A DNA stretch of 64,000 nucleotides from contig MU053482.1 in NCBI GenBank assembly GCA_013239625.1, positions 4,911,775 to 4,975,774 of the forward strand, read 5' to 3'. The DNA comes from Lama guanicoe. Its lineage: Eukaryota. Below, piece after piece: positions 23,601 through 37,900 of the stretch. Position numbers and translations under genes: made by a program. Position 1 is the stretch's first letter. Every line of letters starts with the position of its first letter. The notes below the pieces were generated by a model. It searched no databases. It saw only the letters and a program-made list of their open reading frames with translations, and was not told where the DNA came from.

Positions 23601-26600
23601 ATAAGCAGAAGCATTTATTCTAATGAAATCAAAGTTATCAATATTTTCCCTTATTGTTGATTTTTGCACTCTGTTTATGAAATCTTTTCCTACTCTGAGG
23701 TCACGAAGTTACTGTTGTATAGTACCTTCTAGAACTGTGCTTCCAATATGGTAGGCACTATTTCACACTTGAGATGTAGCTAGTGTGAGTGAGGAACTGA
23801 ATTTTTAATTTTATTTAATGTTAACGAATTTGAATTTTAAAACTGAAGCAGTATAAATTTTTTTTCTTTTGATAGAATTACCTTTCACTTTAAACATTAA
23901 AATTTTATTATCTAAGCCAAGATGTGCTGTAAGTGTAAAATACACACCAGATTCTGAAGACCTTGTATAAATGAAATAATATAAAATACCTCATTAATAT
24001 TTTTATATTGATTACATGTTTAAATGATAATATTTTGTAATTTGAGCTAAATATATGATTAGGACTAATTTTGTTTTATTTTTACACTTTTGTTTGTTTG
24101 TTTTTACATTTTTTAATCTGGCTGCTAGAAATTTTTAAATGGCCTATGTGGCTCATATTGTATTTCTATTGTACAACACTGTTAAAGAAGCTTTATCATT
24201 TCACTTTTCCCAATTAAGTCTACAACCAATGTAGGATAGATTTTTGTGTATTCTGTGAGGTAGGGTGAGGGTTTTTGGGGGGTTTTTTTTCCATGTTGTT
24301 ATCCAGTTGATTCAGCAGCACTTATTAAAAAGATCATCCTTTCTCCCCACTTCATTGTAGTGACACTTTTGTCATAAATTAGGCTGGTTTGTTTTTGAAC
24401 CTCCTATTCTCTTCCACTGGTTGGTTTGTCTGTCCTCGCACCTGAATCACACTGCTTTCATTATGTGGTTTTTTAATAAGTCTTCACAGTCTGAAGTAAA
24501 TCCTCTACTTTGTTTTTCTTCAAGATTGTTTGGATATTCTTGGCCTTTGGCATTTCCATATGACTTACAGAATCAATTCATCAATTTCCACAAAAATATT
24601 TTCTGGACGTATGACTGGTATTACATTCACTCTCTAGATAAAATTGGAGAGAATTAATAGGTTTGCAATATTAAGTCTTCAAATCCATGGACATGATACA
24701 TCCCTGAGGACTTCTGCAATTTCTGTCAGTGCTTTGTATGATTTTCATTACATATATTCCCTGGTATTTAATTTTTTTGTGTGCAGTTATAAATGATACA
24801 GTTTTAAATTGATTAATTTTGGCGGGGAGGATATAGCTGAAGTGGAAGAGTGCATGCTTAGCACGCACGAGGTCATGGGTTCAATCCCTTGTGCCCTCAC
24901 TAAAATATATATAAATTAATTAAATAAATAAATTACTCCCCCCCCAAAACAAACAAACAAAATGGTTAGAGACATTTGATTACTTGAGAATACTGAGTCT
25001 TCTAAGAACATACTAAAGCCTTCTATTTAATCAGAGTTCTTAACAGTTATGGATGTGAGTCCTTTATCTGTGTGTTTGCAAATATTCCCTCCCACTTAGT
25101 AGATTGTCTCATCAGTTTCATCATCATCCAAAGAACAGAAGGTTTTAATTTGATGAAATCAAACTTAAATTTTTTTAAAATAATTTGAGTGATTTCTAAG
25201 AAATCCTTCTAAACTCAAAGTCACTAAGACTTTCTCCTGTTTTTTCAGTTTTATAGCTTTTAGCTTTGGGGCTTGAGTCTATAATCCAATTTTAATTAAT
25301 TTTTATAGTAAATAGAAGTCCAGGGTTTTTTTGCCTGTAGATAGTCAATTATTACAGCACTGCTTGTTAAAAAGACTCTTCTTCCCCCACTGAATGACTG
25401 TGGCATCTTTATAGGTAATCAGTTGACTGTATATATGTGGGTTTAATCTCTGTGCTCTCTAATCTGTTCTGTTGAACTATGTGTTTACCTGACACCAACA
25501 GCATGCTCTCTTGATCGTGGTAGCTTTATAGTAAGTCTTGCAAACAGGTAGTAGGAGTCCTCAAATTTTGTTCTTAAAAATTATTTTGGCTAGACTAGTA
25601 AGTCTTTTGTGTTTCCATATAAATTTTAAATTGAGCTTTTTAATTTCTACCAAATAAGCCAGCTGGAATTTTGACTGAGATTGCTTTTAATCTATAGATC
25701 AATTTGGGAAAAATGGATACCTACTGAGTCTTTCAATCCATGGAAATGGAATATCTCTCAATTTATGTAGGTTTTCTTAGTTTTCAGTGTGTAGGTCCTA
25801 CACATATTTTGTATCACTTTAGAATTTCTTTTTTTGGTTGTTGCTATTGTAAATGGAATGGCTTTCTTAATTTTGATTTTCAGTTCTTCATTGTTAATGT
25901 ATAGAAACACAATTGACTTTTTATATTGTCCTTGCTAAACTCACTTATTATTCTAGTAGCTTTTTCTGTGAGATATTCTGCATAATCATTTTGTCTGCAA
26001 ATAAAGACAGTTTGATATCTTCCTTTCTAGTTTGTATACCTTTTACTTAATTTTCTTTCTTTATTGCACTGCCTGGGACCTCCTACACAATATGAAATAG
26101 AAGTGGTAAGAGGGCACATCATGGTTTGTAAAGCTAATATCTGAGGGCTTATATTTCACCACATTCAGTGGTTGCTGTAGATTATTTTTGTAGGTACTCT
26201 TTTTTTTATTGGTTTATAACATTATTTAGTTTTATGTGTGCAATATTATATTTTGATGTCTGTATGCACTATATTGTGCTTACCACCAAAAGTTTAGTTT
26301 CCATCCATTACCATACAGTTGATCCCCTTTACCAGTTTTGCCCTAGTCCTACCCTCTTCCCCTCTGGTAGCTACTACTCTGTTTTCTGTATCTATATGTT
26401 ATTTTTGGTTTCAGTTTTTCATTTATTTATTTTTATATTCCACATATGAGTAAAATCATATGGTATTTGTCTTTTTCTATCTCACTTATTTCACTCAGCA
26501 TAATACCTCAAGATCCATCCATGCTGTCACAAACAGCAAGATTTCATCCTTTTATATGGCTGCGGAGTATTCCATCATATATATATATTTCATATCTTCT

Positions 26601-29600
26601 TTATCCCTTCATCCCTTGATAGGCAGTTAGGTTGTTTCCGTATCTTGGTTATTGTAAATAATATTGTGATGAACATAGGGGTGCGTATATCTTTTCAAGT
26701 TGGTTTTTGTTTTCTTCAGATAAATACCCAGAAGTCGAATAGCTGGATCATATGATAGTTCTGTTCTTAATTTTTCAAGGAATCGCCATACTGTTTTCCA
26801 TAGAGCTGTACCAATTTACATTCTCACCCACAGTGTGTGAGGGTTCCCTTTTCTCCACATCCTTTCCAACACTTGTTTCCTGTCTCTTTGATAATAGCCA
26901 TTCCAATGAGTGTGATGTAATATCTCGTCGTGGTTTTCATTTGCATTCCCCTGATAATTAGTGATGTTGAACATCTTTTCATTTGCCTATAGGCCATCTG
27001 TATGTCTTCTTTGGAAAAGTGTCTATTCAGCTTCTCTTGTATGAGTTCTTTATATGTTTTGGGTATTAAACTCTTATCAGATATGTGACTTGCAAATATC
27101 TTCTCTCATTCAGTAGGTTTTTTTGTTTTGTTGATGGTTTCCTATGTTGTGCAGAAGCTTTTTAGTTTGATATAGTCCCATTTGTTTATTTTTGCTTTTG
27201 TTTCCCTTGCCTGAGGAGACAGATCCAGAAAGATATTGCTAAGACCAATGTCAAAGAGCATACTGTCTATGTTTTCTTCCAGTAGTTTTATGGCTTCAGG
27301 TCTTGCATTTAAGTTTTCAATCCATTTTAAGTTTATTTTTCTGTATGGTGGGGGATACTGGTCCGGTTTGATCCTTTTGCATGTGACTGTCCAGTTTCCA
27401 ACACTACTGAAAAGACTATCTTTTCTCCATTGTATGTTCTTTGCTCTTTTATTGTAAATTAATTGTCCAAATATATATGGGTTTATTTATGGACACTGTG
27501 TTCCATTGATCTATGTGTCTGTTTAAGAGAAATGTAGGTACTCTTTATTAGTTTAAGGAAGTTCCCTTTTATTCCTAGCTTACTATGAGTTTTTATCATG
27601 AATAATGATAAATTTATTCAAAGACTTTCTACATCCACTGATACCATATTTTTACTTCAATGATGTGCTGAATTGCATTGATTGAATTTTTATATAAATT
27701 TGAAAATGTTGAACTATTATTGTGTTCCTGGAGGAAATCCAACTTGGTTATAATGTGTTAGCTTTTTATGTAATACTGTATTGGATTTGCTAATCACTTT
27801 TAGTAGTTTTATACCTATGAGAGTAATTGATCTGAAAATTTCTTTTCTTGCAATATCCTTGTCAGGTTTTGGTATTAAAGTAATGCTAGCCTTGTACACA
27901 AGTTGGGAAGTGTTCCATCTTTTTCTTTAATCTCTGGAATTGTTCTTTAAAATATTGCTGTTCTTTCTTTCTTTTTTTTTTAAATGTTTGGGCACAAAGT
28001 CATCTAATGTAGAAAATTTTTTGTAGGATAATTTTTAGTCATGGATTCAGTTGCTTTAATAGCTATGTAACTATTCTGATTTTTCTATTTCTTGTTTCAA
28101 TTTTGGTAAGTCATGTTTTCAATAAATTTGTCCATTTTATCTAAAGTTTCTAATTTATGGTCATAAAATGGTTTATGTAATAGCTTCCTTTAATCCTTTG
28201 TAGGACTTCTTATCCCCAATATTAGTAATTTGTGTTTTCTGTCTCTTTTTTCTTAGTCATTCTTCATGGGGAATCATCAATTTTATTTGTCTTTTTAAAG
28301 AAGATTTTGTTTTGTTAATTTTCTGTTTTATTTCTTCATCTTTGTCTTTCATAATTTGTTCTAATCTTAATCATTTTCTTCCTTTTTGTTTCATTAGATC
28401 ATTTGGTGGTTCTTTTTCTAATTTCTTGAAGTGGATCCTAGAGCATTAATTCTCAACTTTTCATTTGCATAATATGTACATTTAAAGCTTTATACATCCC
28501 TCTAATCATTGCTTTAGCTGCATTCAAGTCCTTTTATTATGCCATATTTTGGCCATCAATCAATTTAAATTTATTTTTATTTCTTTGATCTATAGATTGT
28601 TAAAAAGTATTGCTTAAGTTCTAATTATTTTGAGATTTTCAATTTCTATTTTTTATTACTGATTTCTAGCTTAATCTTACTGTTGTCAGAAGACATACTA
28701 TGTATGACTTCAGTCCTTTGAAATTTATTGATACGTGCTTTATGGCTTGACATATCACCAATTCAGTAAATGTTCGAAGTACTCTGGAAAATAACGTATG
28801 TTCTCTAGTTATTGGGGAAGTTGTTATACATCAGTTAATTAGGTCTAATGTGTTAGTAGTGTTTGCTCAAAACTTCTATATCCTTACAGGTTGTCACTTG
28901 TACTTCTGACTAACCAGTTATAAGTAGGGGTTCCCACAATTCCTTCCTTGGGTTTAATAATTTACTAGAATGGTATAGAACTCTGAGAAACACTTACACA
29001 TATTAGTTTATTATAAAGGATATGATAAAGGATACAGATGAACAGCCTGATGAAGAAATATATAGAGTGAAGTCTGGAAGTGTCCCAAGCATAGGAGCTT
29101 CTGTCCCCATAGAGCTGGGATCACCACCCTCCCAGTACATGGATGTGTTCACAAATTTGGAAGCTTTCCAAACGCTGTGCATTAGGGATTTTTATGGAAG
29201 TTTCATCATGTAGACATGAAAAAATTTTAACTCATTTTCTAGCCCTTCTACCTTCTTCAGAGGATATGGGGGGGGGTAGGGCTGAAAATTCTGAGCTTCT
29301 AATCATAAGTTGGTCTTTCTAGTGACCAGCCTCCATCCATAAGCCCACCGAGAGTAACCTCATTAGAACAAAAGACACTCCTCTCACTCAGGAAATTCCA
29401 AGGGATTTGGGAGCTCTGTGTCAGACACTCCTTTCACTCAGAAAAAATTGTAAGGGTTTTAGGAGCTCTGTGCTCTGTGTCAGGAATTAGGGTCAAAGAC
29501 CAAATATTAGCCGAAGCTGGGAATAGAGACCAGCTGCGGACAGTCCCTGACTTACAATGGTTCAATTTACAATTTTTTGACTTTATGATGGTGCAAAGGC

Positions 29601-32600
29601 AATATGCATTCTGTAGAAACCATACTTCATATTTTGAATTTTGATCTTTTCCCAGGTTAGTGATATGTGGTACCATACTCTCTAGCAGGCCACAGCTTCC
29701 AATGAGCCACGTGACTATGAGGGTGAATAACCGATACATTTACAACCATTCTGTACCCAGGCAACCATTCTATTTTTCAGTTTCAGTGTACGATTCAATA
29801 AACTACATGAGATAATCCACACTTTATTATAAAATAGGCTTTATGTTAGATGACTTTTCCCAACTGTAGGCTAATGTGAGTATTCTGAGCATGTTTAAGG
29901 TAGGCTAGGCTAAAATATGACATTTAGTAGGTTAGGTGTATTAAATGCATTTGTGACTTAACGATATTTTCAACTTATAAGGGATTTATTGGGATGTGAC
30001 CCCATTGTAAATTGAGAAAGATCTATAGATATATTTCTTATTATTTTACACTAGCTTACATTAGTCAATTGCCTTTTTAAAAAGTTTGAAACTACAAAGA
30101 AAAATTGTTTTATATTTACCGTCTCTTCAATTCCATCTGGTATATTCCTTCTGCTGCAAAACTTCTTTTAACATTTTCTGTATGCATGTCGGCTAACAAA
30201 TTATCCTAGCTTTTTTTCTCTTAAAATAAAAGCTTTTTTTTTTTTTTGCTTCATTTTGAATGGATCATTTCACTGGACATGGAATCATAAATTGACAGAT
30301 TTTTGTTGTTGTTATTCTTTCAGCATTTTAATGATGTTCTGTTGTCTCTTGGCTTATTTATGTTCTGATGAGGTGCCCGTGGACATTCTTATCTTTGTTT
30401 CTCTATATGCAGTGTATCATTTTTCTTTGTCTGCTTTTAAGATTTTATTTCTATCTGGGTTTTGGCAATTTTATTCTCATGAGCTTTGCTATGATTTTCT
30501 TTGTGTTTAACCTGCTTGTGATTTTTTGAGCTACTTGAAACTGTGGATTTATACTTTTCATTAAATTTGCATGATTTTCAGCAACATTATGTTGGCTACT
30601 TTTTCTGTTCCTGTCTCCCTCTAGCTCCTGGCACTGCAACCACATGTATTTTAGACCATTGATATTGTCCCATGGGTCACTGAGTTTCTATTCATTGTAT
30701 TAGTCTTTTTTCCTCTGTGCTTCATTTTGGATAGTTTTTTATCACTATTATTTAATTTCACTCAGTATTTTCCTCTGCAGTATGTAAGCTATTGTTACAC
30801 TGATGCAATGAAACTTTTATTTCAGATTTTGTATTTTTCATCCTTACAGGTTCTATTTGGTGCTTCTTAAATTTTTTTTTTTGCTTCTGTCCTCATTCTG
30901 TTCATATTGTCTTTTTAAATTCTTGAGCACATTTAAATTGCCCTTTTTAAGAGCCTTGTCTGCTAATTTCATCATTTCTGAGTCTGCTTTTATTGACTGA
31001 TTTTTCTGTTGATTATCAGACTTGTCCTGCGTTTTTGTGTATCTAGTGATTGTTTACTGGCTGCTAGATTTTGTGAATATCACATTGTAGAGTGTCCAGA
31101 TTTTGTTTCTTTATTTTAAAAACGTTAAATAGACATTAAAGAATGTTTGGCAGGCAGTCAATTGACTTTTAGATCAATTTGTTTCTTTCAAGGCTTGTTT
31201 TTAAGCTTATTCAGATGAGTCTGTAATAACCTCTTTTCTAGAGCTAATTTGTCCCTATTACTAATGTGAAGCTCTTCTATGGTCTCCACTCTAAAGCCTC
31301 CAATGTTTGCTCTACCCTAGTTGGGGAAAGCTTGAACATTTCCCAGTCTTATAAAAGCTTTAGAGATTATTTACCATGTAACTTGCCAGACATTATCTGC
31401 CCAACCTCATGCAGTTTCTCTCTATGTGTCTATAGTTTACTATTAAGCAATAGATTCAAGTTGACTTCTATGCTTATTTCTGAAGTCCTTTTTCTGCATA
31501 GCTCTCTCCTCCCAAGTATTCTTCCTCGTATCTCCCAATGGCCTCAGTCCACTCAAACGTTGATTTCTGTCTTTCCAACTCACTGAATCTGCTATACTCT
31601 GTTTCGGTTCCTCCTACCTGCACTGTGTGTGGAAAGTGCCTGTAGGCAGAAAGTTACTGTGACCGTAGGGTTTACCTCATTTGCTTCTGCTCCTGCCTTT
31701 TTCACAGTTCTGCACTGCCTCTTGTCCAATGTCTGGAAACAGCTGCTTCATATATATATCTGCCCTGACTTCTAGGGCTTTGTGGTGGGAGATCAATCCC
31801 AGAATCAGTCAATCCATTACAGCCCAAGTGGAACAGTGCTGCCAAGTTTTTTAAACTTGCAAATGAAAAGTAAACTAGAATTAATGGTTCTATGATGGAA
31901 GAGAGTAAAGGGGAAGAGATTCAGGGGTAACTATTTAACTCTGCATAACTTTGGCAGAAGTTTAAGGAATGCATTATAGTTGAAAACACTGTCTCCTCAA
32001 TTTCAAAATATAATTCAATGGAAATATTCGATTTATTTTTGACAGAAAAAGTTTCAAATGTAGGCTATTATACTTCCTCCATGAAATTAGAGTTAATTAG
32101 GCAGTCTTATTAATATCACATATTGTTAATATGCATCTGTGATGATGATGAAGCAATGGCTCCTGCATCATCGTCAGGGAGAAGCAGCTGATGATGCTGA
32201 CGATGAGGACATTTGTCTAAGCATCTGCAAGGAGCCAGGCGCTGTGTTAGGCTCTTCGCATTGATTATCTTTACTCTTCCACAGCAGTTCTGCAGGTTAG
32301 AAATCATGATCTCCAGAAGCTCAGGAGGTAAAGTTAGTTCCTCAAGCTTACACACTAAGAAGTGAATACTCAGTGACTGGAGCACTCGGTGGTAATTTAG
32401 TGGCTGGAGCTGGGAAACAATCTCAGCTCCCCACTAACAATGCCTCCATCCATTATTATGCTGCTCCCTGATTCTATTTTCACCTGAGCTTTCCCATCTG
32501 GCAAATTAAAGTGGAAAACAGTTAACTCCCTCCCCAGAGAGGCTGTGTTATTATATAGATGTTTTGCATTATTTTGCTTTGAATAACAGCATATGTAAAT

Positions 32601-34889
32601 GTGCTCCTGGAGGTTAAAATTACCCCTATTTTTTAAAACTTGGCCTCTCCCCCCAGGGTAAATAGTCAAAAATTATGGGGAAGAAAAGGCAGGCTGGAGA
32701 GAAGGTTAGTCAGCTTGGAATTGTTTCTCCTCCTTCCTCCCCACCCTGCATATATTTCTCTTCAGATAGAAGCTGCCACGGCAGAGTAAAGATTAGAAAA
32801 TTTCCTATCACAGAGCCCTGGATGGTTCTGATGTTCAGTGTTCAGGGAGGGTTAATCCAGATATTAATCGTTAACTCTGCATCAGGTTGATGTGTAGGGG
32901 CAGATGTTCTTGCTGAGAAGAATGAAAGTCTCCTGTGGCACCTGGAAGACTTTATCACACGTGGTCCCCAGCCTGATCACAAAGAGATCCAAGCGAGCCC
33001 GGGCACTTTGCTGCCTCTAACCATCTACCTCTTGTTCAGGGGTTGGCATCTCCCCTCGACTTCACTCTCCCGTGGGCCCTGAATTGTGGAGCCCTCCCTA
33101 TATTAAACCGCCTTTCCTGGCATTTGAATCAACACTTCGATGATGTGATAATATCTGCAAGTTGGGAAAATAAAAGTGGCATTTGTTTAGCCATAATTAA
33201 TGAAATATTTATGTTGCATGAGACTATGTGATAAAACCTTAGGCTTAGAGTCCTTTTGCTTCTGATTACATTTGGGATTTTTTTTTCTATGACCAGACAT
33301 TCTGACGCCAGCCCTTTTACACTGAGCAGATGTCATGTAGTAAAAATGGGTGCCAGATGCTGTGAGCCGCAGAAGGGCGATTTGTTTAAGAGCTGGCTCC
33401 GACTTTTTTGCATTCAATTACTCTGCAGAACGAACCTTACACAAGCATTTAGGTAACTCAGCTAACTTCAGACATGCATTTTAATAATAGATTTCATCTC
33501 TGAATGCATTCTAAGCAACACACCATATAAATGGTGTTTAAGGAATTAATTGATTTCTGCATAATACCTTTTTTTCCCCCAACATGAAAAGAGAGCTACA
33601 AAGCTCTTGGCAGGGACCCAGAAATGTAATTAACATGGAGGGCCAAATTTTCAGTTGCCCTTAGGTACTGCTTCCTCATGCTCGAGGCAGGTGCAGTAAG
33701 GGGAGGGCCAAGAGGGAGAGAATGGGGGCAGCAGGGAGGAGGGAGAGGCAGCTTTGGGACATGAAGTAGGAGAAGAAGCTAAGAGTTTAGTGAGCTCTTC
33801 TGTTCCCATTTCAGGTCCCAAGCACATCCCCACCAGAGTGCAGGTGACAGGGGCTGCCTCTTCTGCCTCTTCCACCACCACCTCCTCTGCAGATGAAGAA
33901 TTTGATCCCCAGCCTTCCTTGTGGTCAAAGGTAACAAAGCTTGGCAAACCAAAGGGGCCCTTGGCTTGCGGGGGCCGTTTACAACCAGATCTCAGACCCA
34001 ATGTGGGCTCCAGCTGCGGCAGTTTCATTGGGAGGATCACGTTTCATTGCATCTGACAGCAACCTCTCCTTTTACCTGGAACACCCTAAGAATTGTCTTT
34101 ATATATATGGGTATATATTTAAACTTTTTGAAGCTTGCCTTTCTCAGAGATGTCAAATGGGAAGGGGGAAGAAACCAGACATATTTACTTGAAACCATTT
34201 GGTGACTGCAGCTCTTAAAGTGGGTTTAATATGTGATCCAACAAGCAAACCATCGAAAAAATTACAACAAGCAGATGCGTATTTCCCTGGGGGAAGCACA
34301 GCTTCATTTAAGAAGCACTAGAGGCAGATTGCAGGAAAATGTTATGTTTATTCTAATCAGGTATACGAAATGAACCATGCAATTGCATCTAGACCTGTTT
34401 GCTCCAAGGATCCCCACTGACTAACCATGAGCCAGCGGGGGGAATGTCACTTCTCTTTGTTTAATGAACATTAATTTCTAGAGAGCCCTTTAAACACGTC
34501 CCATACCCGTGGATTAGAAAACACAAACGTCGTTACATGTCTTTAAATGTGTCCGTATGTCACGTATACGGAGACACGCATCCCATGACCAAATCTTGCC
34601 ATTGTTTTCTTTATCCGCTGGGGCTGGAAGGGCTGAATGGCTGGACCTAATGTGCTTCCCCAGCAGACAGAGAAGCAGTTCACTGCTCTGGCAGTGTTTA
34701 TTTTTTGGAGCAGTGAGGATCTGAGGAGAAAGAGAGAGGACCAAATTTATTTACTTACACTCAACTTTTCCATATCTGGCACTAGGAGCTTTGGCATCAT
34801 CTCAAGTCACTCAGGGGTTCCAGGTCCCAGTGGCCCAGCTTGGAGCAAGTCAGGAGGGAGCTGGGACATGGGGTGTGTGTGTGTGTGTC

Positions 34890-34924
<35 letters not shown>

Positions 34925-37900
34925 AAGAATACGTAGAGGGTTCTAATTTCTAACTGTGTGCGTCTCTGATTAGCTCTGCACTCACCACAAATGAATTCTA
35001 TGTGTCGTGTTGATTGCTGGGGGTCTCCTTACACACCCTCTCATCCCCTTGAGTGACCCTGAGTTAATTGTGTATTCAGATGAGGAAGAGGCCCCATCCT
35101 GACACTTGTGGAGACTAAAAGAATGGAGTGGCCCCAAATACATGGAAGTAGCAAGACCACGATATTGAGGGCAAGCCTCACAAACCGCTCCTTGTCCTCC
35201 TGCTGGCCCAGGACAGCGTCAGTCATCACATAAGCTTGCAGCGTGGGAGAGCCTGCCCACTTCACCTGGCTTCTGATATGGCCCACTCTGTAGGAAGAGA
35301 AGCTGGCAAAAAGCTCCCTTCTTTATGACTTCCCAGGGACTCACACTGAAGGAACAAGGGGAGTTTTTTCCTCTCTGGTTTCTTTATCTCTTCTATCCCA
35401 TCCAAGGTGTGTCCTCAGTCACGTGTCACAGAGCCTGCATCAGCTCAAACGAACCTTTGCACAAGAAACAGGAGATGGGATATGCACTCTCGCCTCTTAC
35501 CTCTGCCCTACACCACTTCTTAAATTAGCAGCTGGATCTGAGGGATGGGACAGGCAGCTTGTCTTCTGTCCTGCCAGGTTTCCCCCCTTTTCTGTCCTTT
35601 TTCTTCCTTAGCCCTCAGCCTCTTTTCTCTCTGTATTGTCATGACCATCCCTGAGGATGTGAGAGCTGTGCCCGGTGCATCAGAAGGCTATATGAGCATT
35701 TGTTCATCAATCATCCTTCTTTTTTCCTATGTCAACATCTTTTAAGAAAAGGCAGGAAAGGACTTTCTTTCCTCCTCTAGGTCCTGTTTTGCTGACTCTT
35801 GATAAAGCAGTTGGGGAAGTGCCAGCTTTGCTCCTGGGAAGTGCTGAGATGGCATCGAAGCATCCCTCAAGGAAATTGTTTGAATGGTCTTAATTTAGGG
35901 GAAAACGCTGATATTTTTTATAAAGCAGAGATCCTTACTGTGCCTGCACAGCATCTAGCACAGGGAAGGTGGGATAAATTGGATGGAAGTGTAGATGCTG
36001 GATTCAGGTTACCGGGGTTTCCCTGCCGGCTCTGCCGATTACTGACTGTGTCATCTTGGGCAAGTGATTCAATTTCTCTGAGTTCTGATTTCCTTATTTG
36101 TAACGTAAGTGTAGTTTGAAGAATAAATGATACATGTGAAGTAATCAGTACAGTGTCTTGCACCTAGTGCTCAATAAATGCTGGCATTTATTATGTAGGT
36201 TAGTATAATGGAAGCTCAAGAGATATTTATTAAATGAATGACTGACTTTCCACATAGATTGAGTTAGAAAATCTCTGGATAACAACTACCAGTGATCACC
36301 ACCACGCCCCTCCCTACCAGCCTTCCCAGAAAGGTCCTAGCAGCTTGAAGGAGTGGTTCTGCCACCCAAATGGCCTAGAACCTCTGTTTGCAGTGGTTGG
36401 CAGTCAACCTGGAAGTCATCTGCTAGCAATAGAAATGATACGAAATGGAAAAAGTTTGAGTTCTGAGAGCCAAAATTTCCTTCCAAGGATGAAAGAAAGG
36501 AGGAAGATCTTTTAGGATTCTAGATCCTACAGAGAATTCTAGACAAACCAAGTTTCCTCATTGAGATCAACGTTTTCACTGATGATCTGTAGAAGTTCTG
36601 AACCCTGAAAACTGGATGCTTTCTTCAGGAGAGTGATGGTCCCTCAGGGGAATGGGTGACAGAATGACAAGGATCCATAAAGCCCTGGAAAGGCATCTGC
36701 TTTTAAGCCACAGTCTCTGACCTCTGTTATGGACACAGACTCCTCTGGCAGTATCCAGGCTCAGGCCTGGTAGGTCTACTCCCTGCTCATGAATTGATGG
36801 TCCTTTTAATGCACAAACATTCAGTTCAACCAAAGTTACTGGGTGCCCACGCACCAGGCTAGCTGTAACAATTTTTTAATACATATTTGTTCCTGCCAGC
36901 ATTAAAAAGAAGTCTCTCATATGTTTTAATCCTCATCCTAATACAGAAAATTGATGTGCTCAGAGATGGCAAATATAATAAAACTAGCCCCATTTGCATA
37001 TTTATTTTGTATATGTGAGATGTATACATATGTATATGATACATGCTACACACATACACACATATGCAGGAAAATAGTAGATTTTAGTAAATAGTTATAA
37101 TCATGCTAATTTGTATAAGAATAATATAATAATCGTGTGAGTGATAGTAAAAATCATGCTGTTTACTGAATATCTATCCCATATCTTTTTCAAGTATTCT
37201 GCAAAGGACTTGACCCGCCTTATCCCATTTACTCCTTGTTACATGCCTACAAGATAGGCACTCAATCATTCTCATTGCTCTGAAGAGGACACTGAAGTTG
37301 GGAAAGTTGTAGGGCACATTGAAGCTTGCACAGCTCTGCTGGGATTTGATGCCAGCTTTGCATGGCCCTGGGCCTGGTGCTCAAACGTCATTCTCTGCTG
37401 TTTCTCTGATAAGAGTCTTCTGAACTTTTCAGTATGTGGAGCTGGCCAAATTACTCTTATCCTTTCTCTGGTGTCTAAAACCTAGAACTGATGAGATCTA
37501 GACATCTATTTTATTATTTTTTTGAGGCATATTAAAGATTTTAGTAAGTGGAGAGTTATACTATTCTGGATTAAAAAATTCAGCTTGTGTACACCAGAAA
37601 TTGATACAACATTGTAAACAGACTACACTTCAATTAAAAAAAAATCAACTTGTAAGGGTGCTGGTTCTCCTCACATTTATAATTTTAATCCTTAACATCT
37701 GGGACCCCTCCCTTGCGTACACCCTCCCCTTCTCATAGCCCTCTCAGTCTTAGGCACCTTGTGTGGGGCCACACCCCACAGGGATGCAGTCTTTTTTTTT
37801 TTTTTAACTTTTTCAGAGTTATTTATTTATTTTTTTAGTAGAAGTATAGTCAGTTTGCAATGTTGTGTCAATTTCTGGTGTACAGCATAAAATTTCAGTC

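Larger units (their letters stand above)
24185..31850 (-). mobile_element. Long old antisense L1 block (ORF2 to ORF1 remnants) hosting younger insertions
   Basis: Continuous antisense L1 motifs; residual ORF2-like peptide [14 protein letters not shown] in ORF 27717..27899 (-); ORF1-like remnants near 30250..30900. Confidence 0.8.

Noticed and set aside
34549..34577. Small hairpin gtgtccgtat...atacggagacac
   Set aside because: The stem is about 10 bp with a bulge; too short for a pre-miRNA and compatible with chance.
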